DNA of 32,125 bases from a bacterium (GTDB lineage Bacteria > Babelota > Babeliae > Babelales > GCA-2401785), in NCBI GenBank assembly GCA_030629865.1, contig DAOVOC010000002.1, positions 1 to 32,125 on the forward strand, read 5' to 3'. Below, in pieces: positions 1 to 8,025 of this stretch. Each line of letters opens with the position of its first letter. The first letter of the stretch is position 1. Both the position numbers and the translations under genes were made by a program. The notes beneath the pieces are model-generated. The model was not told the origin of the DNA. It saw only the letters and a program-made list of their open reading frames with translations, and searched no databases.

Positions 1-3000
1 GTGAATACCTTGATCTTGGCAAATTAATTGATGGTAGAAATGGTTCAATTTCGTTTGAAGCGAAGGGTCCCGGTAACTTTTTTGTTGGGTTTGCAAATCA
101 GAAAAAAGTGATTGGAAAGGGTGATGAGTTATACGAAATAGTTCTTGGTGGGCAAAACAATACTCAAACACATATTTGCACGCGCCATTTGGCGCCTCCA
201 GTTGCAGTGCTTTTGCAAGACCAGTCACCTGATGCGGGGCTGAATGCATTCGATTTTGAAAAATATTGGATCAGTTTTAATAGTGGTGTTGTCACCATTG
301 GTCGTGGTGAGTGGAGCAAAAATCCCATTTTGTCTTGGCAAGATCCATATCCGAATCTCAAATATCTTTCTGTTTTTCTTGCCTCGTGGAACGCTCCGAT
401 TAATGTAAGAAATATTCATGTTGGTCCTGCTGTAGAAAATTTAACGGCTGAAAAAATTCAATCGATTATGCAAAAAGATCTAAAGGCAATAGAATCTAAA
501 CTCGAAAAAAAAGATAAAGATGAACTTGTAAGCATTACAGAACACGACAAGATGAAAAAAGAAGCATTTATGCTCGATAAGGGCCTTTTGGAAAAACAGG
601 ACGCATTTAAATATGACGAATTAGAGCTTGCTTCGATGGAAATGAAATATGACGACTTGATGTACGAAGATCTTGCTTGGGAAGCCATGGAGCGTATGAA
701 GGGTGAGCAGGTAACTTCGCTGCAAGAAGAAATTAAAACTGTTGAAGAAAAACAAGAAAGAGTAAAAGACGAAGAAGCTGAGCAACGTAAAATAGATAGA
801 ACTCGGCGTGGTGCTCTGCAACGTGAACGAGCTATGGGTATGACAATGGTTCTCATGACGCCACGAATGTTGAAAATGGAGATGACTCAAGTTGGCCAAA
901 CTGTAGGAGCGATTGCCAGGTCTCCAAAGGCAATTATGCAGTTGGGTAAAAAGGCATGGGAAAGAATGTCGAAGAAAAAGGATGCAAAGGGACTTGCTGA
1001 TAAAAGCCAAAAAGCACAAAAGCAGCTTAAGACTGCAAAAGAAAAATTGGGCAAGATAAGAAAAGATGAAAAAATGACCAGTCCAGCCAAATTGATGCTT
1101 GGTGGAAAACCTGAATTGAGAAAGGCCCGTAAAGCTGAAAAAAAAGCAAAAAAGGATCTTGATAAAGCACAAAAGCAAGTCCAAAAAATTAAAGGAGAAG
1201 AAGAGTCTGTCGCGCGTTTACAAAAGAAAACTCTAAAAACAGCCGAGGCCGCTGACTTGAAAGCAAAAGAATATCGGGAAGCCGCTGAAAAATTTGATGC
1301 GCCTAAGGGTTCTGAAGAAAAGGTTAAAAAACTTAAAAGTCAGGCGGAAGAAATAAGAAAACAGGCGCAAAAGTATGATGAGCAGGCTACAGCTGCACAA
1401 GATGTTGGAAAATCCAGAAAAGCAAAAAAACTTTCCCAAAAAGCTGATGAATTAAGAGTAAAATCGAGGCAATATTCAAAAGAGGCAGAAACGGTTGGGC
1501 AAAGCAAACAAGCCAGAAAGCTTTTGGAAAAGGCCGACGCACAAAAATTTAAAGCTGACATGGCAAGATTTCGGGAGAAAAAACTTGCAGGAAAAGTTAG
1601 AGAAGGTATTGATATCAAGCCTCAGAAAAAAAGCAGTGAGTACGCAGATATCGAAAAAACTACTTCTAAGTGGTGGAGCGTTGTTCCTGGTGGAAGGTCT
1701 TTTGCTAAGGGCTTTAGAGAAGGTTTGCGTGGACAAGATGCTATTAAAAGTGAGCTGCGACAATTTGCAAGTTTTTTCCATTTAACAAATAAATCTCGTT
1801 ACGAAATGGTTCCAGATCCAAAAAATCCAGGCAAAATGATTGTCAAAAAAGATGAACGTGGCAAAAAAGTGATCAAATACAAACGTGATGCAGAAGGTGA
1901 CATTGTTTATAAAGTGAGAACAGGTCCTGATACAGGTAAGCCAATTTATAAAAATGGTCGGCCGGTTCTAGAAACAGATTCAAAAGGGCGTTCAGTTCCA
2001 GAAGAAGATTCAATGGCTAGAATAAACGTCTTAAGGATTGCTGGGGACGAGCTCCATGATCTGAAAAAGTTTTTGAGCGTGCGGAAGAAAGACCGATTTG
2101 AAATGGTTCCTTCTGAAAAATATGATAAACAAGAGAAGCTTGCTGATGAATTGGAAGGGGAGATTCTTGATGTGTCTGCTAAGCCAAGGCAAAGGCTTAA
2201 AACATCAGCAATTTCTCGAAAAGAAAAAGGTAGAAAAGCTAAAATGGTGCCTCTTAGGGACGCGAGTGGTAAACCAGTCTTGAAGCGCGAATGCAAGCGT
2301 GATCGTTATGGTGATATTATTTATGAGCCTAAGATTAAAGATAAAAAAATTGTTTATAAGAAGAAAGATGGCAAAGATGTTTATGCCACAGTTAAAGAGG
2401 CTGATGGGATAACGCCAGTTTATAAAAGAGATGATTTTGGAAATCTGGAACTAGACAAGAGTGGCAAGCAAATACCTGTCTATAAATTAGATGAAGAAAA
2501 CAACAAAATACGTGAATATGAGCCTGCTGTAATGACTTATAACGATAAGAAAAAAACACAGATTATTGATCCTAGAACCGGCAAACCTATGCTCCAGCCA
2601 AAATTTGAAAATGCAATGTCTAAGGATGGCCGATTTCTGATGAAAGATGGGTCTGGCAAACATCATCTTGTAACTAGTGACAAGCTTAAAGATGTTAAGG
2701 GTAAATGGAGCCATGTTCCAGCTTTGGTTCCAGAGGCTTCTGCTTGGGCACATTTGAAAAATAAGATGAAAGAATATGAAGCGTGGAAGGCAGAAACAAC
2801 AACGTGGCAAAAAACTAAAAAGATTTTAGGCAAAGGCGCTAAAGGGCTTGTTAAACTTCCGTTCCAGCCGTTTCTTGTTTCTGGAAAAGCGATGGCTGGA
2901 AAAGAAAAAATGGGTGGAGTTACAAAGGCGATGCTACTTGGATTGGGCTTACCTCTTGGAGCTATTGGTGTTTTCTTTGGTGCCATGGGTGGCGAAGAAG

Positions 3001-3116
3001 GTGAAATTATTACGCCGCAGGGCAATGTTATACGAACGGAAGAAGAAGATGAGGGGGCGCAAGACCCAACATTTAAAGGAAGTTATGTTCATAGTCTTGG
3101 TCGTGCTGACACATAA
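1..3116 (+). CDS. Giant exported protein paralogue, 3' part (5' end lies upstream of the window): one FAMeT-like module, long Lys/Glu-rich coiled-coil region, degenerate D-x-x-G-K-P-x-Y-K repeats, C-terminal Gly-rich TM anchor and acidic end
   Basis: Frame 3 is open from nt 3; there is no stop before the GTG at 108 used by the ORF track. Nt 3-107 translate EYLDLGKLIDGRNGSISFEAKGPGNFFVGFANQKK, which aligns with GSVSFEAKGTNDIFVAFAS (from 7088) and GSVSFEAKGANDIMVGLAA (from 12535) in the two downstream paralogues. The module continues ELYEIVLGGQNN...KYWISFNSGVVTIGRGEW...LSWQDPYP...NIHVGPAV. Hydrophobic segment GVTKAMLLGLGLPLGAIGVFFGAMGG at 2914-2993. Stop TAA 3114-3116. Confidence 0.85.
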   Translation, partial: EYLDLGKLIDGRNGSISFEAKGPGNFFVGFANQKKVIGKGDELYEIVLGGQNNTQTHICTRHLAPPVAVLLQDQSPDAGLNAFDFEKYWISFNSGVVTIGRGEWSKNPILSWQDPYPNLKYLSVFLASWNAPINVRNIHVGPAVENLTAEKIQSIMQKDLKAIESKLEKKDKDELVSITEHDKMKKEAFMLDKGLLEKQDAFKYDELELASMEMKYDDLMYEDLAWEAMERMKGEQVTSLQEEIKTVEEKQERVKDEEAEQRKIDRTRRGALQRERAMGMTMVLMTPRMLKMEMTQVGQTVGAIARSPKAIMQLGKKAWERMSKKKDAKGLADKSQKAQKQLKTAKEKLGKIRKDEKMTSPAKLMLGGKPELRKARKAEKKAKKDLDKAQKQVQKIKGEEESVARLQKKTLKTAEAADLKAKEYREAAEKFDAPKGSEEKVKKLKSQAEEIRKQAQKYDEQATAAQDVGKSRKAKKLSQKADELRVKSRQYSKEAETVGQSKQARKLLEKADAQKFKADMARFREKKLAGKVREGIDIKPQKKSSEYADIEKTTSKWWSVVPGGRSFAKGFREGLRGQDAIKSELRQFASFFHLTNKSRYEMVPDPKNPGKMIVKKDERGKKVIKYKRDAEGDIVYKVRTGPDTGKPIYKNGRPVLETDSKGRSVPEEDSMARINVLRIAGDELHDLKKFLSVRKKDRFEMVPSEKYDKQEKLADELEGEILDVSAKPRQRLKTSAISRKEKGRKAKMVPLRDASGKPVLKRECKRDRYGDIIYEPKIKDKKIVYKKKDGKDVYATVKEADGITPVYKRDDFGNLELDKSGKQIPVYKLDEENNKIREYEPAVMTYNDKKKTQIIDPRTGKPMLQPKFENAMSKDGRFLMKDGSGKHHLVTSDKLKDVKGKWSHVPALVPEASAWAHLKNKMKEYEAWKAETTTWQKTKKILGKGAKGLVKLPFQPFLVSGKAMAGKEKMGGVTKAMLLGLGLPLGAIGVFFGAMGGEEGEIITPQGNVIRTEEEDEGAQDPTFKGSYVHSLGRADT

Positions 3117-3139
3117 GAATTAAAGAATTGGTGGGGAGT

Positions 3140-6100
3140 ATGCAAAAAAGAATAGCTTTGCGAGTTTTAAGTCTTTTGTTTTTCGGTTTAACGCTTGGTG
3201 CTCAGCAGGACGTTGCTGTAACTGATCCTAATCAAGCTTTAAAGGCTACCAAAGCAAAAGAAGCCGCACAAAAAAAGGCAGACAAGTATAAAATTACTTA
3301 CGGTGCGGCGCATGGCTATGCTTTTTTGGAGCGCATTCGTAATTTAACAGATTTTCCGGCGTCGGTTTTTTATAAAAAAACTATTCATGATCAGTTGCCT
3401 ATGGATTCGATGGTGCGCATTAAATCATTTAAAGAAAAGTTTGGGCTTGAAGGTAAATATTATGCAGCACGTTTGGTTGGTGGTGGATGGCGCCTAAAAG
3501 CTGATACTGATGATCCAGAAGATCCTGCCACACAATTTATTGTTCACCGGCATGTTTCGCGAGATTTAAGCGACTGGATTGGTTTGAGCTCCACTGTTGT
3601 AGGCAAGCGATATCTTAATGCAATGCCATCTAATGCAACTCAGTTTGGAGCAGATGATTTTTCTGATGACATGAGGATGGAGACTCATTGGAAGGTTGTT
3701 GGAAGCAATTTGCAGCGCTGCAGTTTAAAAAATCGCCTGACTCAAGGTCTTTTGAGTTGTCGAGACAAGGAAGACAAACAAGAAGTTGGTAAATATGTTC
3801 CACCTCCACCAGTACAATTTAAGACCCTTTATACAAAGAAAGAGAGAGAGCAGGCTGGGTGGTATCGCTGGAGCCCTAGACTAAAAACTTCTATTTTGGG
3901 TAGGAGTGATGTTCCAAAACTTTTATCTTTATCTTGGTTAAGCAAAAATCCTTATAAGGCTTATGTTTTGGTTAAGCGTAAGCATTCAACATTTGGTGAC
4001 AAAGCTCTTAAAGACACAAAAGAGTGGGTTCAAGTTCGTGATGCCAAGTTATCTTTTGTTAAAGCTAAACCAAAAGATTCTGACTTTTTGACAAAACTTT
4101 TACAGAAAAAGGAGCGTACTAAATTAAATAGACAGGCAACTATTAAATCAGCTTCAGAAGAAACTTTTCGTGCTAAAAACCCTTATTCTCTTCGTGAGAT
4201 GATATGTTACATCAATAAAACGCGTCATCACATTCCTGCAAAAGGGAATATTCCTGTTGCCATAGCAGCTATAAAACGATTTGCTGCAGAAGCTGACCAA
4301 TCTAGAGCTCGTGTTATTTCGCAGAAGAAAGAACTGCACTATGGTGACAAGGTACGCATTGTTCACCACGATACTTGGCAGCAGCTTTATGCAGAAAACA
4401 AAACAATTTTTTGTGCGAATGAGGATTCTCCAAACGAATATAATAATGAATCGAATTCATGGTGGATTATAAAAGGTCCACACAAAATAAATGATCCATG
4501 GAACTGCCAAATTGGAACACCTGTAAAAAATGGTGACATTATTCGTCTTGAGCACGAACAATTACATAAAAATTTGATGTGTTCCAAAGAAGGATCACCT
4601 CCTAAAGCAAAAACAATATGGGGTAGTAAGCCTGATGATGGTAAGGAATATCTTACTACTTTGGCAGGCAGCAAAGGAGTTGGTAATAGTGCTGATAACT
4701 GGATAATTAATTTTGAAAATGATGATGATTCACTTTATAAGGGCGCAAACTTTTATCTAACGCACCGCAATACAGGATTTTCTTTGCGTTCACATACGGA
4801 ACTTATTAGCAAGAAACCAAATAAACAACGTGTGGTTGCTTTCCAGAAAAAGAAAGCGAATTGTCGATGGTTTGTTAATGGTGTTTCTTATGGTGATATT
4901 CCAGTGATTGATATTGCCTGGACTGGTTTTCCTAATGGTTCTCCTGCAATTGATGAAACCCCCAAAGAGGCGATTGGCTTTGAAATTGTAAAACTTGGTA
5001 TGGGTGGCGGAATTAAACCAAACACTACGCTTGATTTTTATATGCCTATAAAAGACAAAAAACCAAAAGTTTCAGGCTTTGCAAAAGAAGAGGTTCCTGG
5101 TTTTGGTGCAGGCTACATGGTCAAGCTTAGTCCGCTCATCAGTAAGGGTGTAGCGTGGATAGAACAATCGTTTGAAACAGAAGGAAAGGCTACGGTTGCG
5201 TTTTTGACTCGCGTTTCTGACAAGGGTGATGCGCAAGTAATATTTGGAAACAATATCAATCTTGATTATACGTGGAAAATTGTTATTGGCGCAGACAGAA
5301 ATGGATCATCAAAAATTATTAAGCGTACTTTGGATGTCCAAGGTAATGCTCAAGAAGAAGTTGTTGCGCAAGTTAAAAAAGCCGACAATCCATTGGCAAC
5401 GCCGACGCCCGGAACATTTGTTCCTTATTGGATCAGCGTGGATGATGGGCTTATTCTTGTTGGTGCAAGCACAACGCCTGGTGAAAATATCTTTATGGCA
5501 TGGCGTGACCCAAATCCAAGAAGTGATGTTTCTCGTATCGGTTTTGGGACACATGATGCCTTTGTTGAATACACCGGAATTGAAGTGCGCGATCCGGTTA
5601 CATTACAAAAACCAGAAAAAGTTTATGCAAAGGCAACAAGCGGGGTTTCGGTTTCGTCTCCAGATCCAAAATGGCTCAGTACTCCATTTAGGGTTCCAGG
5701 TCGTGGAACATTCGAATTTGAAGTCAGTGGTGACAAAGATGCAATGATATATCTTTCAGAAAAGAAATCGGCAAAAAATAAACATTATCAACTGGTTTTA
5801 AGTGCAGATGAAACCGGCAATGCGGTGCTGCGCAAGTGGGATGAGCGTAGCAAAATGTATATTGATTTGGTTAAGACGAGCACACAATATCGAGAAAAAA
5901 ATCAGCTAAATACCAAAGAATATAAAAAGTTCTGGATTAGTCTTGCCAAAGGAAGAATATTTATTGGTCGTGGCGAAATTGGGCAAGGGCTATTTTTATA
6001 TCATTGGGACATGAAGCCGCTTGAAAAAATACTGAATCTTGGTGTTGCTTGCAGTGGCGGGACAACCTCATTTCGAAATGTTGTCATTGCGCCTCCGGTG

Positions 6101-7915
6101 GACGTTTCTGTTGCAGAAAAGCGTGAAGCATATGTTCAAGAACAAGATAGATTTAAATTTAGAGGCTCGCTGCACGTAATTTCTCCTTACGAATATGTTC
6201 TGTCTCAAGAAGGGCAGGCTGTTAAATTCGAAGATAAAATCAATCATAAGACTTACTATCCAGGTAAAACACCACAACAAGATGCAAAATACTACTTTAT
6301 GCTTATGCTCCACAAAGATGGTTTTCCAGAGCTTGTGTGGGCACGTGAGCCAGAAAATCCACAAAAATTGTCAATTGAAAAACGGGCATCTATTCTTCGT
6401 GCCGAGTCTGACACATGGTTTCAGGCATCAACGTGGGTGCAAGGTATGGGTGTGCTTGGTGGTCTTGCTGGTGTTGCTGCAAGTATCAGGTATGCAGAAA
6501 AAGGTATTGATCTTGGTAAAGAAGCTGGAGTAAAAGAAACTGCAGCTAATTTGAATTTCAGATCTCACGATTCTTATGTTTATACCGATCAGGCAGTTGC
6601 ACAACAACTAGCCCAGGCACATGTTCCAGAAGAAGCGCGTGCAAATAAAATGAAAGCAGAAGAAAAAATTGAACTTGGTGGAAAGTGGTCACCTTCAACA
6701 ATCGATAAATTAGAGAGATTAATTCCGCTGTATCAGCAAGTTATTAACTTGGTTAACCATCCATTTGTTGTCAGAGACCAATACATCAAGAAAAGTTTGT
6801 TTGATGCTATTTCTACAATGTACGAATCTCACCAAGACATTCACGCACACCCTCAAGCGCCCGTTGATCTAACTTATTCAGGAATGATTAACCTTCTTGT
6901 TTCTGCCTACAACAATCCTTACTTGATAGATTTGAACAAGAAAAAAGAAATGAAGCTCAAAGAGGTTTGGTACAGCCAGATAAATGAGCTTGCGCGTCAG
7001 ATGCTTCAGAAAGATCCAGAAACTAAAGTTTCACTTCAGCCATGTTATGGCGAATATGTTTGGCTTAACGATCAATTCGAAGAGCCTGGAAAGGGATCAG
7101 TTTCGTTTGAAGCAAAAGGTACGAATGATATTTTTGTTGCGTTCGCTTCTATGCCAACACGCGTGCGTAACACCGATAATGAAATTTACGAAACCGTTCT
7201 TGGCGGTTGGGATAACGAAAAGGCCGTAATTCGTGTTCGCAGTCTTGATAAATCTGTTTCGGAAAGCTTTGACAAAAAACTTAATGTTAATCAAATCAAG
7301 TATCAGCGTTATTGGGTCAGTGTCAAAGATGGTCAAATGAATCTTGGAACGGGTGATCTTGATATTAAAAACATAATTTTTTCGTGGAAAGATCCATATC
7401 CAATAAAAGATGTTCAGTTTGTTGGAATTAGTAACTGGAATGCAGCTGTTAAATTTAAGAACGTCCAGATTGGACCTGCTGTTGAAGATGTTGAAGAACA
7501 TAAAGCAAAAATTATTGCTCAAATTATGGAGCTTAGACAAAAACAGGCACAAGCTTCTGTGATAGAGAGTGAAGAAGATTTGACAGAGACTCCTGTAGAG
7601 CCTTATGACGAAGAAGCTACTGAATATGCTGGCGAAGTTGAGCCGGAAGTTATTACAGATCAGGTTGAAGAAATGGCTCCAGTAGAAGATGAAGAAGAGT
7701 TGTCGATGGCAGAGATCGTTGAGTCAGAAAAAACAGTAGAAGAAGAAATCGAACAACTTATTGAACCAGCCGTAGAGCCTTTTGTTGAAGAGGATACTGT
7801 TGTGGATCAAGAGGCGGCCATTAAGGAAGAAACTACTGCTGTTAAAGAAGAACCAGTAGTTAAATATCGTACGGTTCGTAGAGGGCGGTACACATATCAA
7901 GAGCCTATCAAATAA
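3140..7915 (+). CDS. Giant secreted protein: signal peptide, conserved N-terminal domain, one MIR-type beta-trefoil, three FAMeT-like (Methyltransf_FA-like) modules, acidic C-terminal tail
   Basis: ATG 3140 is preceded by GGTGGGGAG; the TTG 3128 of the ORF track is less likely. MQKRIALRVLSLLFFGLTLGAQQ looks like a cleavable signal peptide. Three MIR-like repeats lie at about 4334-4800 (LHYGDKVRIVHH; SWWIIKGPH..C.IGTPVKNGDIIRLEHEQLHKNLMCS; GNSADNWII...FYLTHRNTGFSLRSH) and resemble SDF2/POMT MIR domains. FAMeT-like modules lie at about 5180-5600, 5699-6100 and 7088-7483 (e.g. GSVSFEAKGTNDIFVAF..NEIYETVLGGWDNEKAVIRVRS..YQRYWVSVKDGQMNLGTGD..FSWKDPYP..NVQIGPAV). Glu-rich tail from about 7550. Stop TAA 7913-7915. 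Confidence 0.85.
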   Translation: MQKRIALRVLSLLFFGLTLGAQQDVAVTDPNQALKATKAKEAAQKKADKYKITYGAAHGYAFLERIRNLTDFPASVFYKKTIHDQLPMDSMVRIKSFKEKFGLEGKYYAARLVGGGWRLKADTDDPEDPATQFIVHRHVSRDLSDWIGLSSTVVGKRYLNAMPSNATQFGADDFSDDMRMETHWKVVGSNLQRCSLKNRLTQGLLSCRDKEDKQEVGKYVPPPPVQFKTLYTKKEREQAGWYRWSPRLKTSILGRSDVPKLLSLSWLSKNPYKAYVLVKRKHSTFGDKALKDTKEWVQVRDAKLSFVKAKPKDSDFLTKLLQKKERTKLNRQATIKSASEETFRAKNPYSLREMICYINKTRHHIPAKGNIPVAIAAIKRFAAEADQSRARVISQKKELHYGDKVRIVHHDTWQQLYAENKTIFCANEDSPNEYNNESNSWWIIKGPHKINDPWNCQIGTPVKNGDIIRLEHEQLHKNLMCSKEGSPPKAKTIWGSKPDDGKEYLTTLAGSKGVGNSADNWIINFENDDDSLYKGANFYLTHRNTGFSLRSHTELISKKPNKQRVVAFQKKKANCRWFVNGVSYGDIPVIDIAWTGFPNGSPAIDETPKEAIGFEIVKLGMGGGIKPNTTLDFYMPIKDKKPKVSGFAKEEVPGFGAGYMVKLSPLISKGVAWIEQSFETEGKATVAFLTRVSDKGDAQVIFGNNINLDYTWKIVIGADRNGSSKIIKRTLDVQGNAQEEVVAQVKKADNPLATPTPGTFVPYWISVDDGLILVGASTTPGENIFMAWRDPNPRSDVSRIGFGTHDAFVEYTGIEVRDPVTLQKPEKVYAKATSGVSVSSPDPKWLSTPFRVPGRGTFEFEVSGDKDAMIYLSEKKSAKNKHYQLVLSADETGNAVLRKWDERSKMYIDLVKTSTQYREKNQLNTKEYKKFWISLAKGRIFIGRGEIGQGLFLYHWDMKPLEKILNLGVACSGGTTSFRNVVIAPPVDVSVAEKREAYVQEQDRFKFRGSLHVISPYEYVLSQEGQAVKFEDKINHKTYYPGKTPQQDAKYYFMLMLHKDGFPELVWAREPENPQKLSIEKRASILRAESDTWFQASTWVQGMGVLGGLAGVAASIRYAEKGIDLGKEAGVKETAANLNFRSHDSYVYTDQAVAQQLAQAHVPEEARANKMKAEEKIELGGKWSPSTIDKLERLIPLYQQVINLVNHPFVVRDQYIKKSLFDAISTMYESHQDIHAHPQAPVDLTYSGMINLLVSAYNNPYLIDLNKKKEMKLKEVWYSQINELARQMLQKDPETKVSLQPCYGEYVWLNDQFEEPGKGSVSFEAKGTNDIFVAFASMPTRVRNTDNEIYETVLGGWDNEKAVIRVRSLDKSVSESFDKKLNVNQIKYQRYWVSVKDGQMNLGTGDLDIKNIIFSWKDPYPIKDVQFVGISNWNAAVKFKNVQIGPAVEDVEEHKAKIIAQIMELRQKQAQASVIESEEDLTETPVEPYDEEATEYAGEVEPEVITDQVEEMAPVEDEEELSMAEIVESEKTVEEEIEQLIEPAVEPFVEEDTVVDQEAAIKEETTAVKEEPVVKYRTVRRGRYTYQEPIK

Positions 7916-7929
7916 GAGGAGGGCTTGAT

Positions 7930-8025
7930 GTGAGAATGTTTAAACAGCCCGGAATGACGATTGAGAAAATTGCTAAAAATGAAATAGACATTGAAAACCT
8001 TTTCTTAAATAGAAAGGGTGAATAG
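7930..8025 (+). CDS. Possible 31-codon upstream small ORF translationally coupled to the next giant gene (speculative)
   Basis: AGGAGG at 7917-7922 is followed 7 nt later by GTG 7930. The frame reads VRMFKQPGMTIEKIAKNEIDIENLFLNRKGE. Its TAG (8023-8025) overlaps the GTG start at 8025 (TAGTG). There is no homology evidence. Confidence 0.2.
   Translation: MRMFKQPGMTIEKIAKNEIDIENLFLNRKGE

Noticed and set aside
621-1184. Long antisense or alternative-frame ORFs inside the large genes. Examples: 621-1184(-), 458-856(-), 5244-5747(+), 7097-7552(-), 14502-15011(+), 16764-17111(-), 22623-23165(-), 22999-23316(-), 12878-13243(+).
   Set aside because: They lie entirely within, or opposite to, much longer ORFs with clear domain content. 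Their translations are low-complexity (Ser/Phe/Leu/Cys-rich mirror images of Lys/Glu-rich sense frames). They have no RBS or paralogue support, so they are shadow ORFs.
5180-7483. Reading the FAMeT-like modules as real farnesoic acid/SAM-dependent methyltransferases.
   Set aside because: The modules are about 130-aa non-catalytic-looking repeats present in three copies per protein. I see no Rossmann-type SAM-binding glycine motif. The family name is historical, so a binding or scaffold function is more likely.
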